NCBI GenBank assembly: GCA_963836185.1
Contig: CAWIIQ010000001.1
Location: 352,001-416,000, forward strand
Direction: 5' to 3'
DNA: 64,000 bases
Source of the DNA: Candidatus Krumholzibacteriia bacterium
GTDB taxonomy: Bacteria > Krumholzibacteriota > Krumholzibacteriia > Krumholzibacteriales > Krumholzibacteriaceae
Positions 37,441 through 49,100 of the stretch are shown piece after piece; position 1 is the stretch's first letter, and every line of letters starts with the position of its first letter. Under the pieces are notes generated by a model. That model did not search any database, was not told the origin of the DNA, and was given only the letters and a program-made list of their open reading frames with translations. A program made the position numbers and the translations under genes.

Positions 37441-38325
37441 ATGGAAACAGTATTCCTGTCCGGTGCATTCGGTTTTCTGATCGCGGTCGCGGTCTATATC
37501 GCCTTCCGGGTCCTGAAGAAAAGACGGGGTTCGTCGGGGCCGTCGGTGAATGTATTCTCGTCTATCGAGCATATACGATCGGTCGGAGAGCTGGTCGTCT
37601 TCAAGATAGTGACAAAGGAGATCGTCACGACCGCTGAGCACTGGTTCGGCGAGACGGGAAAGAAATACTTCAAATGGCTCGTCTCCGCCAAGAAGATGGC
37701 GATGATCTTCGAATTCGAGATCGATTTCCGGTACGATCTCAGGAGCCCGGACTTCATCATCGAGGAGAAGAAGAACGGGCAGCCACTACTGAAGATGCCG
37801 AAGTGCCTCTACGAAGTTCATATCCGCGACATCAATTTCTACGACGAGCAGAGCGCGAAGCTTCTGCCGTGGCTTCTGCCCGGACTGCTCACGAATGCTT
37901 TCGGGACCGGGTCCACCGAGGAGGACAAGAACCGCCTCAAGGAAGAGGCCAAACAGCAGGCGGCGCTTATGGCGGGGCAGCTTGTCCAGAATATGAGGAC
38001 CGAGGTCCAGAACTCGGCCCGGAAGACACTGGAAGCGCTTGCGAGGAATTTCGGCGCGCAGCATGTGGACTTCGATTTCACGCACGCCGACCTGATCCGT
38101 TCCAAGGTCGAGGCTGCCGTGCGGGAAGTGACGGAGGGAAAGATAGAACAAGGAGGGATTCAGGTTGGATCCGACCCGGTTAGATTTCTGGATAGCGGTC
38201 GCGGTAGCCAGCCTGTGCGGCGCCGCTATCGGAGTCGAGCGCCAGCTTCGCGGCAAGCCTGCCGGTATCCGCACGAGCATCATGATCTGCCTGGGCACGA
38301 TGGTATTTGTCCGTCTTGGCAGTGA
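37441..38325 (+). CDS. DUF4230-like membrane-anchored protein; 3' end probably over-extended by a frameshift near 38140
   Basis: N-terminal TM; IRSVGELVV; FRYDL; NFYDE. The annotated tail overlaps the RBS and start of the next gene. Confidence 0.65.
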   Translation: METVFLSGAFGFLIAVAVYIAFRVLKKRRGSSGPSVNVFSSIEHIRSVGELVVFKIVTKEIVTTAEHWFGETGKKYFKWLVSAKKMAMIFEFEIDFRYDLRSPDFIIEEKKNGQPLLKMPKCLYEVHIRDINFYDEQSAKLLPWLLPGLLTNAFGTGSTEEDKNRLKEEAKQQAALMAGQLVQNMRTEVQNSARKTLEALARNFGAQHVDFDFTHADLIRSKVEAAVREVTEGKIEQGGIQVGSDPVRFLDSGRGSQPVRRRYRSRAPASRQACRYPHEHHDLPGHDGICPSWQ

Positions 38326-38635
38326 AGTCGCTGGTACGTCCGGCGACACTACCCGGGTACTGGGGCAGGTCGTTACAGGGGTAGGGTTTATCGGGGCCGG
38401 CGTGATGCTTGCGCGTGAGGGGCTCGTCAGGGGTGTCACCTCCGCATCGGTGATATGGATGCTGGCGGCGATAGGCTCGCTCGTAGGGTTCGGGCGTAAC
38501 AGCGCAGCTCTGGTGATTACATTTCTTGTGCTTATGGTCTTGACCGGGGTCCAGATTCTCGAGCGCGCGGTGCGGCGCCTTCGGCGCGGTGATTACGCGA
38601 GGGAGGCAGACAGCGAGAACCGGGACGAGGGCTAG
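38165..38635 (+). CDS. MgtC/SapB family membrane protein
   Basis: IGVERQ..GKPAGIRT; RVLGQVVTGVGFIGAG; GVTSASVIW. Confidence 0.9.
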   Translation: MDPTRLDFWIAVAVASLCGAAIGVERQLRGKPAGIRTSIMICLGTMVFVRLGSEVAGTSGDTTRVLGQVVTGVGFIGAGVMLAREGLVRGVTSASVIWMLAAIGSLVGFGRNSAALVITFLVLMVLTGVQILERAVRRLRRGDYAREADSENRDEG

Positions 38636-38667
38636 TGTGTGCGATCTTGAATACAGGGAGTGAACGC

Positions 38668-40233
38668 TTGACCAGACAACCGATGAAGATTACGACCCGG
38701 AAGTGGCGCCTCGAGGATATCCCCGGGATCATCGAATGCAGCAAGGCCGCGTATGGGGACTATCCCGATGAGGATATGGAGACGCCGCGCCAGTACAAGA
38801 TGCAGTTCACTGCTTTCCCGCAGGGCCAGTTCGTCGCTGTCTGCGGCAAAAGAATCGTCGGGTACGCCACGAGCCTGATCGTCAGTATCGATGATGAGTT
38901 CTGGTACGACGTCGACGAGCTGACCGGGGCAGGCACCTTCAGCACGCACAACCCCGACGGCGACACCCTATACGGAGCCGATATCGCCGTCCATCCCGAC
39001 TTTCGGCGTCGCGGCGTAGCCACGCTGCTCTACAAGCGGAGACGGAGCCTCGTCAAACGGAACAACCTCAGAAGGATGATCGCCTACGGAAGGATCCCGG
39101 GGTATAAGAACTATGCCGGGAAGATGAGCGCGGAGCAGTACGTCGCGAAGGTCATTGATGGAGAATTGCAGGACTCCGCCCTGAACACCCACCTGAATGC
39201 AGGATACAAGGTCAAAAAGGTCCAGCTCGACATCACCGTGGACCGCTCGAGCCTGAACTACTCCACGTTCCTCATCATGGACAATCCCGATTTCAACCTC
39301 GCCAAGAAGAATATATCGTCGGCCGTCTTTCCCAAGATCCAGGCGCGCAGGGTCAGGGTGTGCGCGGCTCAATACAATATGCGAGCCATCAAGTCTTTCG
39401 AGGAACTGGAAGGTTCGGTGGAGTTTTTCGCGGATACGGCCGATTCCCATCACTCCCATTTCCTGCTGTTTCCGGAGTATTTCACGTACCAGCTTCTGAG
39501 CTACAAGAAGCGGCTCACTATGAAAGAGGCCGCAGCGGAGCTGGCAAAATATACCGACCGGTACATCGATATGTTCAAAAGGTTCGCGAACAAGTACAAC
39601 ACGTACATCATCGGCGGGTCCCATCCTGTATTGAGAGACGGCAAATATTACAACACCGCCCACCTGTTCACGCCGTCCGGCAACGTCTACACGCAGGACA
39701 AGCTGCACATAACTCCGTCTGAACGCAACGAGGGCGGCATCGAGCCGGGCACAGCCATCCGCATCTTCCGCACCCCTCTGGCCAGGATAGCGATCCAGGT
39801 CTGCTACGACATAGAGTTTCCCGAGGTGTCGCGCCTTCTGACCCTCGCCGGGGTGGAGATCATATTCGTGCCTTTCTTCACCGAGGAGAAAAAGGCTTAC
39901 TACCGCGTGAGGCACTGCGCGCAGGCCAGGGCCGTCGAGAATTTCGTCTATGTAGTGATGACGGGGAACGTCGGCAACATGAGGACCGAATCCGGCTCTT
40001 TCATGAACTACAGCCAGGCGGCCATTCTCACTCCCAGCGATTTCTCATTTCCGGAGAAGGGAGTGGAAGGAGTGGCCGATCCCAACGTGGAAGCCGTTGT
40101 CATCTCGGAACTCGCGCTGTCTTCACTGTCCCAGCAGCGGCACGTGGCGTCTGTAAGGCCGCTGCACGACATGCGCCCTGACCTCTACGAGCTGAGCCCG
40201 AAGAACAAGATCGAGATCATCACCGTCGAATGA
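38668..40233 (+). CDS. Bifunctional GNAT plus carbon-nitrogen hydrolase (YhcX-like)
   Basis: VHPDFRRRGVA; FPEY, QDKLHITPSE, VCYDIEFPE (Glu-Lys-Cys triad); AQARAVEN. Start is TTG 38668 or ATG 38683. Confidence 0.9.
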   Translation: MTRQPMKITTRKWRLEDIPGIIECSKAAYGDYPDEDMETPRQYKMQFTAFPQGQFVAVCGKRIVGYATSLIVSIDDEFWYDVDELTGAGTFSTHNPDGDTLYGADIAVHPDFRRRGVATLLYKRRRSLVKRNNLRRMIAYGRIPGYKNYAGKMSAEQYVAKVIDGELQDSALNTHLNAGYKVKKVQLDITVDRSSLNYSTFLIMDNPDFNLAKKNISSAVFPKIQARRVRVCAAQYNMRAIKSFEELEGSVEFFADTADSHHSHFLLFPEYFTYQLLSYKKRLTMKEAAAELAKYTDRYIDMFKRFANKYNTYIIGGSHPVLRDGKYYNTAHLFTPSGNVYTQDKLHITPSERNEGGIEPGTAIRIFRTPLARIAIQVCYDIEFPEVSRLLTLAGVEIIFVPFFTEEKKAYYRVRHCAQARAVENFVYVVMTGNVGNMRTESGSFMNYSQAAILTPSDFSFPEKGVEGVADPNVEAVVISELALSSLSQQRHVASVRPLHDMRPDLYELSPKNKIEIITVE

Positions 40234-40268
40234 TCACTGGGGGAACCCCTGCCCGGTCGTGTGTCCGG

Positions 40269-42104
40269 TTACAGGCCTTCCAGAACCTTCGCATCGACCC
40301 AGAAGATATCGCTCGTCTGGCTCTTCTGCGAGATGAAGAAGAGATACTTCCCGTCGGGAGAGAGCATCGGGCACTGGTCGTGTGTGGTCGTGTTTACTCC
40401 TTCGCCGAGGTTGACCGGCTCTGTCCAGCCGCCTTTCCCGTCGGCTCGGCTCATGTAGATATCGCCGCCACCTACGGAGTTCTCACGCCCCATGCTGTTG
40501 AACAGCAGCATGCTGCCGTCGGGCGTGACGTAGGGCGATCCTTCACTTGCCTCGGTGCAGACAGGTTCGCCGAGGTTCACCGGCTCTCCGTATGTATCAC
40601 CGTCGAGTCTCATCATGTAGATGTCGCCCATGCCCCTCGAGTCGGGGCCGCGTCCACCGAAGTAGATCGTACCGTCATCCGTGACGGCGAACTGCCAGTG
40701 TATGTCGATCGCTCCATGCTTTCCCTCGACAAGGCGTGCGTCAGACCAGCCGTCGCCCTTGCGCTCGACGTACCAGATCCTCTCATTACCTTGTTCTTCT
40801 CCATCCAGCGACCTTCTCGATATGAAGTAGAGTGTCTGGCCGTCGGGGGCGAAGAAGGGAACGTCGCCGGAGTATTCATCTACTTTGGAGAAAGGTTCAA
40901 AGCGCGGCTTCGTCCATCTGCCGTTTTCGATCACGGGTTCCCATGATCGAGCCAGTCGAGTAGCCGGTATCCTTGACCATGAACGATGTCGTCCAGTATG
41001 CCTCGTCGCCGGCGGGGGAGAAGGTGATGCAGCCATGCTCGCCGTCGCAGGTGGACGCGATCCCTGCGGCGAAGACCTCGGGGACCATGCCGGGGGGCTT
41101 CTGGCCGAGGTACTTGCCCTTCAGAACGGGGAACTGCGGGGGAGAAGTCGGTGCGCCCGCTTCCGCGAGGATGCCCGCGGTCTCTGTCGTGGTGCCATTT
41201 ATCGGCAATGTTCCATGGAGTATCGCCTGCCATTGTCACGACCTCGAGGAAAGCCCCCTTAGAGATGAGCAACTCAATGACCTCGTCGCGTCCCCTCTTG
41301 GCTGCGTAATGGACAGGGGCGTATCCGTACATGTCCTGACCGTTGATTTCGAGACCATGGTCGAGGAGGGTAGCCGTTATCTCAGCCGAGCCGCCCAGCG
41401 CTGCCGAATGCAGCTTCGTCCATCCTGTGTCGGTAGTGGATGTGAAATCAGCGCCGTTCGCCTCAAGCACAGCGAAAAGCCTGGGGAGACCCTTCTTTAC
41501 CGAGTACTCGACGAGCTGCGCGCCGCGAGGTCCGTCGATCGGAGTCTCCGCTCCCCGGTCGAGGAAGAGATTCACCTGTCCCTCGAACCCGCGCCAGGCC
41601 GACAGCACGATCGGCGTATCGTCGAAGCGGTCGGCGGCGTTGACGTTGGCGCCGTGGTCGAGGAGCAGGCGGGCCATCTCGACGTCTCCCGTCTCTCTGG
41701 CGCAGATCAGCAGGGGAGTGCGGCCGTAATCGTCGGGGATCTCCGTGTCGGCGCCAGCTTCGAGCAGGACCCTGGCGGCTCTCATGCTGGTTGCGAACGG
41801 AGGCGTAGCGAAGGGGAGTGAAATCTTCCTGGTTCTGCACATCGAGCGGCGCGCCCTGCGCGATCAGGAAACTTGTGATATCTGCTTTTCCATAGGCGGC
41901 GGAATAATGCAGGGGAGTATTGCCCGAATCATCCGGTATTTCGATCAGGACCGGGTCTCTTTCAAGCATGAGCCGCACCGCGTCCATGTCCCCCTCTTCG
42001 ATCGCCTCGAATATATTTTCGCCCTGGGCCAGTGCGACCATTGCGATCGCTACCAGGATCACCAGTATAACTGTAACGAAGAACATGATTTTGACACTCT
42101 TCAT
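40269..42104 (-). CDS. Secreted ankyrin-repeat plus PD40 propeller fusion; about three frameshifts
   Basis: Joined ORFs 41463..42212, 40931..41842, 40897..41208 and 40269..41036: TPLH ankyrin repeats, then GKYLGQKPPG and SPDGKYLFF. Confidence 0.8.
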
Positions 42105-42175
42105 GGCCTTTACTCCCTCTGAGCTGGATCTCGAATACGGATCCCTGAGCTCTGCCGGTATGTTAACCACTTCAC

Positions 42176-42212
42176 ATGTTAAAAATTTAACATCTTGGGC
42201 GGGGTGCGTCAA
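42176..42212 (-). promoter_or_regulatory. Promoter with an 18-bp palindromic operator
   Basis: Minus strand TTGACG-17 nt-TAAATT; ATGTTAAA-aa-TTTAACAT (42176-42193) overlaps the -10. Confidence 0.65.
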
Positions 42213-42324
42213 GGGGATTTTAGCAGAATCGCTGGATTTATATCATTGATGAAGCGATTAATCGGGGATATCCTCTTCTGGAATTCCCCGCCTGACCCCG
42301 TAACTGATTAATGGAGGCGTTGCT

Positions 42325-44161
42325 GTGCGCATAAAAATCCTGATCAGTTATTCTATTCGTAATGGCCTTTTCAACCTCTTGCCTTGCGCAGGGCGGTGAG
42401 ATCCATGATGCCGCCCGCGCAGGCGACATGGAGAAGCTTGCGGAACTGATTGCCGGCGATCCGGAACTGGTCAACGCGAGGGACGAGGAGAATCATACAG
42501 CGCTTCATTCGGCCGCGATGGGCGGGCAGCTTGAGGCGGCAAGATTTCTTCTCGCGAACGGGGCCGACCCCGATGCGCGCAACACTGCCGATCAGTCGCC
42601 ACTCCTCTACGCCGCCTATATGAACTTCGTTGAGATCGTCGAGCTGCTGATAGATGCGGGGGCGCCGATCTACTACTGGGACGCTCGGCAGTACACACCG
42701 CTTCATTTCGCGGCGAGGCAGGGAGGTACCGAGACCGTCAAGCTTCTCGTCGAGAAGGGGGCGGTGGTCGACGAGCCGGGACAGATGGAGAGGACCCCGC
42801 TGCATTTCGCCGCTCTTAACGGCCACACTGAGATCGTCGTATTCCTCGTGGACAAGGGTGCTGATCCCGGGAAGCTCGACGAAAACGGCCAGACGCCGTT
42901 TGCGATCGCTCTGACCGGCGGGCATGCCGAGACGGCGGAGGCCCTGCTCGCTTCCGGCAAGGGGATGGAGTTCGAAGAGGCGATGATGACCGAATACCTG
43001 CATGCGGCAGCTGCGGCGGGGAGCGAGAGCATCGTCGATATGCTGATGGCGAAGGACGCGAAGCCGGGCAGAACCGATGATGGCGGCAGGACCATACTGC
43101 ATAACGCCGCGATAGGCGGCCTCGAGCAGCTGGCAGAGGAATCGATCGCCGGAGGCGTTGATGTCAACGCGGTCGACAATTCCGGGAAGACCGCACTGCA
43201 CTACGCGGTGACCGAGGGGAACACTGCGATGGTCGATCTTCTCCTTAAGAACGGGGCGGACCCCAATATCGTCGACAAGGGCGGCCAGACGGCGCTTCAT
43301 ATCGCCGAGGACAACATCAGGGATGATATCGTCAAGTTGCTGGTAGCGGCCGGAGCGGTCGAGACAGACAGGCCTGTCATTCCTCTTGCCGGCGGCACCG
43401 GCCGGCTGGAGATCACATACATCGCCAACGAAGGCTTCATGATCGCAGGCGGCGACCAGAAGATCATCATCGACGCGCTGCACACGAATCCGTGGGCGTA
43501 CATGAATACCGGTGACAGGATCTTCTCGATGATCCTTGCGGGGAGCCCGCCGTTTGACGGGATAGATGCCTGTGTCGCCTCGCACGCTCATGCCGATCAC
43601 ATGACAGCAGCGATGCACGCCGAATTCCTGGAGAGCAATGACAGTATCGTATTCCTGTCCAGCCCCACAGCGTGTGATTCCATTGAAATGGTCGCCGGGG
43701 AGGCGTTTGCGGGATTCTCGGACAGGGTAATCAGCGTCGACCCCGAGTGGAACGAATTCACCGAGCTGACGGCGAACGGCGTCGAGCTCGGGTTCTTCGG
43801 GATCAATCACGCCGGCCCCGGCCAGGCGCCGTACAAGACACTCGCGACATGTATGGATTTCGGCGGCGTGTACATCGCACATCTCGCCGACCAGGTGCCG
43901 GAGACAAGCGCCGAGTATTACAAATCGGTAGACCTGAAGAGCCGGGGCGTCGACATCGTATTTGCCGACCGGTTCTTCCTTGCTGACTCTATCGGGCAGC
44001 ATCTCATGAGCGAGTATATCGATCCGCAGTACATCATCCTGATGCACCTGCGGGCCGATGAGGTAGATCCGGCATGGGAGGAGCTGTCGCCACTCTACCC
44101 GAACCTGATCGTGTTCCGCGACCAGCTCGAGAAGAAGATATTCGCTGCGAAAGAGGACTGA
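42325..44161 (+). CDS. Secreted ankyrin-repeat plus metallo-beta-lactamase-fold protein; frameshift in the signal peptide
   Basis: About nine ankyrin repeats; ITYIANEGF; IIIDA; SHAHADH (HxHxDH); HLAD; LMH. GGAGG precedes GTG 42325. Confidence 0.85.
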
Positions 44162-44232
44162 TATCTGACATAACCGTCCTGGACAGAAACCAGAGCTTTA
44201 TCCCGGTGCAGGGTGTCTGTGCCGGGATAATT

Positions 44233-45414
44233 CTATCTGGTATCTTCCATCTCCCCGTTGACGGGCATCTTCAGGAAGATGACGAAGAGCAGTGAGCCGA
44301 CGGCGGCGATCGCGGAGAGCTTGTAGGTCAGGTCGAGGCCGATGCGGTCGGCGGCGTAGCCGACAACGAGGACCATCAGCGAGCTGAGGACGAAGTTCAG
44401 CGTCATGAAGATGCTGTTGATGAACGACATCCTCTTCGAATCTATGTCGTGGACGAGGGCGAGCAGGACCGGCCCGCTTCCGAAGAGGAAGAGGCCGTTG
44501 AGTACAAGGACGGGAATGACGAAGATCCCGTCGATGTTCATGAACAGCCACATCAGGACCGGGTTGGCCGCGGTGATTATCAGCAGGGCGTTCTTCCGTC
44601 CGATCCTGTCGGAGATTATCCCGGCGAGAAAGGTTCCCGCCGCGCCCGAGAACTGCAGTACCGAGAGCGAGAGCCCTGCCAGCCAGAGCGAGGCCCCCTT
44701 CGATGTGAGGTATGTCGGCAGGTAGATCGTCAGGGCAGATTTCATCGCGCCCTGGAAGAGGAGGATGCCTCCCAGCGAGATGAAGAATGGCGCGAGGGCT
44801 GCGAGCACCCGGCCCGCGTGGACGTCCCCTTTCTCGACCTTCGACCTGTCGACCGTGATGTTTCTCAGCTGGAAGTAGAGGAAGCCGGACGCGGCGATAC
44901 CGAACGGGACGAGTCGCCAGGTCCCCTCGAGTCCCCACAGCGAGACGGCGCCGAGGATTATCAGGGGGCCGAGTGTGCGCGCAAGCTCGCCGCCGAGCAT
45001 GTAGAAACTCATCCCGCGGCCGATCCTGTCGATCGAGACCTCTTTGACCATCACGGGAGCGGTGACGTGATAGATCGCCGAACTTATCCCCGATATTATC
45101 AGCAGGATCGCGAGGAAAGTGTAAGTCGGGGCGATGCCGAGCAGGCTCATCATCACTGCTGTGACGCCAGGGGTGATGATGATAAAGTACCGGATCCGCA
45201 TCCTGTCGGCCATCAGGCCGAGTAACGGGTTGGCCAGGGAGGGGAACCTTCTGAAAACGTCGAGCAGGCCGGCCATGAAGACGGTCATTCCGAACTTTTC
45301 GATCAGCAGCGGCAGTATCGGGGCGAGGAACGCTCCCGGTATGTCGTGCACGAGGTGCGAGAACGACAGCGTCAGAACGTATCCAGGGTTATTCTTTTTC
45401 GGGTCTTTCGTCAT
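44233..45414 (-). CDS. MFS transporter, Fsr-like
   Basis: SHLVHD; LGLMADR; SAIYH; GRGMSFYMLGG; ISDRIGRK. Confidence 0.88.
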   Translation of the reverse strand: MTKDPKKNNPGYVLTLSFSHLVHDIPGAFLAPILPLLIEKFGMTVFMAGLLDVFRRFPSLANPLLGLMADRMRIRYFIIITPGVTAVMMSLLGIAPTYTFLAILLIISGISSAIYHVTAPVMVKEVSIDRIGRGMSFYMLGGELARTLGPLIILGAVSLWGLEGTWRLVPFGIAASGFLYFQLRNITVDRSKVEKGDVHAGRVLAALAPFFISLGGILLFQGAMKSALTIYLPTYLTSKGASLWLAGLSLSVLQFSGAAGTFLAGIISDRIGRKNALLIITAANPVLMWLFMNIDGIFVIPVLVLNGLFLFGSGPVLLALVHDIDSKRMSFINSIFMTLNFVLSSLMVLVVGYAADRIGLDLTYKLSAIAAVGSLLFVIFLKMPVNGEMEDTR

Positions 45415-45539
45415 CAGGGCTGAATAATAACGATGCGGGTATCCTGGCGCAACCGGTACGTGCGGGCTGCGGCGTGTGCGCATATCCGTTGAAGTATTCG
45501 GCGGCGCATCGTATCCTGCCGGTAAGGAGGATCAGGTAT

Positions 45540-46013
45540 ATGACGACAGAGAAGGCATTCCAGGATTACTACCCCGATGATGTGAGCCACTGCTTCGGAT
45601 GCGGGAAGCTCAACGAGAAGGGTCACCAGATAAAGAGCTACTGGGACGGTGACGAGTCGGTCGCCGTCTTTACGCCCGAGCCGTATCATACCGCCATCCC
45701 GGGGTATGTGTACGGGGGGCTGATCGCCTCGCTGATCGACTGCCACGGGACCGGCACAGCTGCGGCCGCCGGGTATCGCGAGGAGGGACGCGAGATGTCC
45801 AGCGATCCTCCGCTGCGTTACGTCACCGCCTCGCTGCACGTCGACTACCTTCGCCCCACGCCGATGGGCGTGCCCCTCGAGGTGCGCGGCAGGGTGGAGG
45901 AGATATCGGGCAGGAAGGTCGTGGTGAGCGAGACCCTGTCCGCCAACGGCAAGGTCTGCGCGAAGGGAACGGTGGTCGCTGTGAAGATGCCGGAGAACAT
46001 GCTGAGGAAGTAA
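45540..46013 (+). CDS. PaaI/hotdog-fold thioesterase
   Basis: AAGGAGG RBS; HCFGCG..N..G; YGGLIASLIDCH; VTASLHVDYLRPTP. Confidence 0.9.
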   Translation: MTTEKAFQDYYPDDVSHCFGCGKLNEKGHQIKSYWDGDESVAVFTPEPYHTAIPGYVYGGLIASLIDCHGTGTAAAAGYREEGREMSSDPPLRYVTASLHVDYLRPTPMGVPLEVRGRVEEISGRKVVVSETLSANGKVCAKGTVVAVKMPENMLRK

Positions 46014-46047
46014 CAGCCTCGTCTGCTTCTGCTCACTATCGGCTTTC

Positions 46048-46076
46048 TTGAATCTCACCCTATTCTATGCTAAAAT
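46048..46076 (+). promoter_or_regulatory. Sigma70-type promoter
   Basis: TTGAAT-17 nt-TAAAAT with TG extension. Confidence 0.7.
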
Positions 46077-46106
46077 CATTGCAGGGTTAGAATATTTCTA
46101 CATTTC

Positions 46107-49100
46107 ATGACCATCGTTCTCGGACGCTGGATAGTCAGGAGTAGCACCATGCCTTCCTGTGGATTTACTGTTGTTAGCACGGGCAGAGGTCTGCTCGTAA
46201 AAGTCTATGTAATAATTCTTGTCGCGTTACTTGGCGCATCGGTTCCGGCGCTTGACGTATCGGCCCAGGTTCAGGTGCTCGACTACCGGTTGATCAACAG
46301 TCTGGAGAACCTTGCCGATCTTCCCCTGGATCTGGACCTGGAGATGGGCGGTGCCCTTACATCTCTAGGCGATCTCGATGGTGACGGTGTTGACGAGATC
46401 GTTGCCGGAGCCGACACGGGTATCTGGATAATATTCCCCGACAGCAGAGGTATTGCGAAGTCCTACGTGAGTATCAATGAGACGATCGGAGGTTTTACCG
46501 GGACTATCTCAAGCGATGACGATTTCGGATGTGCCGTCGAAGCGATTGGAGATCTGGACGGAGATGGCATGATCGATCTCGCGGTCGGAGCCATGTTTGA
46601 CGATGATGGAGGTTCCAACAAAGGAGCGGTATGGATCCTCTTTCTGAACACCGATTGTACGGTAAAATCCCATCAGAAAATAAGCGATACAGAAGGCGGA
46701 TTCACCGGAATTCTTGGCAACGACTGTAAATTCGGCTCTTCACTTGGCGCTCTTGGCGATATGGATGGTGATGGAGTCGAGGATCTGGCCGTAGGTAACT
46801 ATCTTGACAATGATGGCGGCGATTATAGAGGCGCGATCTGGATCCTGTTTCTCAATACCAATGGTACGGTGAAGGCTTACCAGAAAGTCAGCGACCTGGC
46901 TGGCGGATTCACAGGAATCCTTGACGACTTCGATTGTTTCGGAGTCTCAGTAACCTCCCTCGGTGATCTGGATAATGACGGTGTGGATGACCTGGCTGTG
47001 GGTGCTCATGGGGACGATGATCAGTACAGCTCGGCAGGAGCCGTCTGGATCCTATTCATGAACTCCAACGGAACGGTTAAAGCGAATCAGAAGATCAGCG
47101 ATCTGGATGGTAATTTCTTTGCGCCGTTGTATACAAATCATTACTTCGGAGCTGATCTGGCTTCATCGGGTGATATCGATGGGGACGGTGTCGAGGACCT
47201 GATGGTCGGAGCCTATGGAGATATCTACGGATACTATGGTGTCGGAAGAGTGTACATGCTGTTTCTCAATACCAATGGTACTGTGAAGGATTATGAACGG
47301 ATCGACCATTGGTCATCAAACTTCATCGGTTCACTGAGTAACAATGATTTTTTTGGTTATGGTGTATCTTCCACGGGAGATATCGATGGCGACGGCGTTC
47401 TGGATTTTGTTGTCGGAGCCTGGGGAGACGACGACTGCGTGAACAATAGTGGATCGGTCTGGTTTCTTATGATGAACAGCGATGGGACGCTTAAGACAAA
47501 CCAGAAAGTCAGCTGTTCGGTGGGTGGTCTCATCGGGATGATGGAGAATTACGAACAGTTTGGTTCGTCCGCTGCGGCAATAGGGGATTGGGATGGAAAC
47601 GGAGTGCCGGATATCGCAGTAGGAGCGGTCAAGGATATTGAGAGGTACGCGAGGGAGGGGGCGATCTGGATCCTCCTCATGGATAGCAACGGGGAGGTGG
47701 AATCTTACCAGAAGATAAGCGCTGTTTCAGGCGATTTCCCGGCCGATATAGATTTTAATGATGCTTTTGGTTGTGCTGTTGATTCGATAGGGGATCTGGA
47801 CAGCAACGGCTATACGGATCTGGTTGTCGGAGCGTGCTGGGACGATGATGGTGACACTGACAACGGTGCGGTGTATGTCCTTATGATGAACGCCGATTAC
47901 AAGGTCGATTCATACGTGAAGATCAGTGATACCTCGGGTGGTTTTACCGGAACCTTATCTGCCGGCTGTCAGTTTGGGAGTTCGGTGGCATCGCTGGGCG
48001 ATCTGGACGAAGATGGAGTCAGCGATATAGCCGTCGGTGCCGTTCAGGATGCCGATGGCGGCAACAGCGGAGCGGTATGGATACTCTTTCTGAATCCAAA
48101 CGGTACCGTCAAGGCCCATCAGAAGATCAGCGCGGCGGCGGGCGATTTCACAGGAGTTCTGGGCACCGACGACTATTTCGGATCTTCCGTCGCCAATCTC
48201 GGTGACCTCGACAGTGACGGTATTGTGGATATGGCCGTCGGTGCTAGGCTGGACGATGACGGGTATAGCAACGCTGGAGCGGTGTGGATACTCTTTCTAG
48301 ACAGCGATGGATCGGTGAAATCGTATCAGAAACTCAGTGCGACAGAAGGTGGATTCCCAGGCCCGGAATATGTTGACGAGGCATTTGGATGCGATGTCGC
48401 TAGAGCGGGTGACCTCGACGGTGATGGTCTTCAGGACCTTCTCGTGGGAGCATACGGTGACTACGATGGAGGGAGCGTCAAAGGCCTCGTGTGGGTCCTG
48501 TTGCTGAACGCCGACGGTACAGTGCGATCGTACTCGAAGATCAGTGATTCGTCGGGAAATTTCTCGGGATACATCACCTCTGACGATCAGTTCGGATTCG
48601 CGGTTGCGGGGCCTGGTGATATTGACGGGAACGGCATGAACGATATCATTATCGGGGCTCCGTTCGACGATAATGGTTCTTCCGCAACTTACCAGAGAGG
48701 TTCGATCTGGGCTGTTATGCTCGAACAGGAACCTTCCTCGTGCGATGTTTCCCTGAGCAGCATACTTTTCGAAGTGGAGGGTGTCGGTTCGTACCGCGAT
48801 ACGACCATTACGATCACGAATGCCGGAGGTTACACCCTTTCCGGAACGATCTCCGAGAGCAGTGATCATTTCAGCATCATATCCGGGGGAGGTGCGTACT
48901 CTATCGTTCCGGATCACTTCCTTGATGTCACGATCAGGTATGAACCGTTATCAGCCGGAACACACTACTGTACGATTGAAACAGGCGATGCGCTATGTAC
49001 GGATGTCTCGTGCACGGGTACGACTACTCTAACTGTCACAGTGGCCACAGTGCCTCCCGGTCTGCTGGTCAATGTTGACATGGCATACCATACAGCGCCG

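Noticed and set aside
31945-48725. Periodic DNA as a CRISPR array
   Set aside because: The periodicity comes from degenerate protein repeats inside ORFs; there are no identical repeats with unique spacers and no cas genes.
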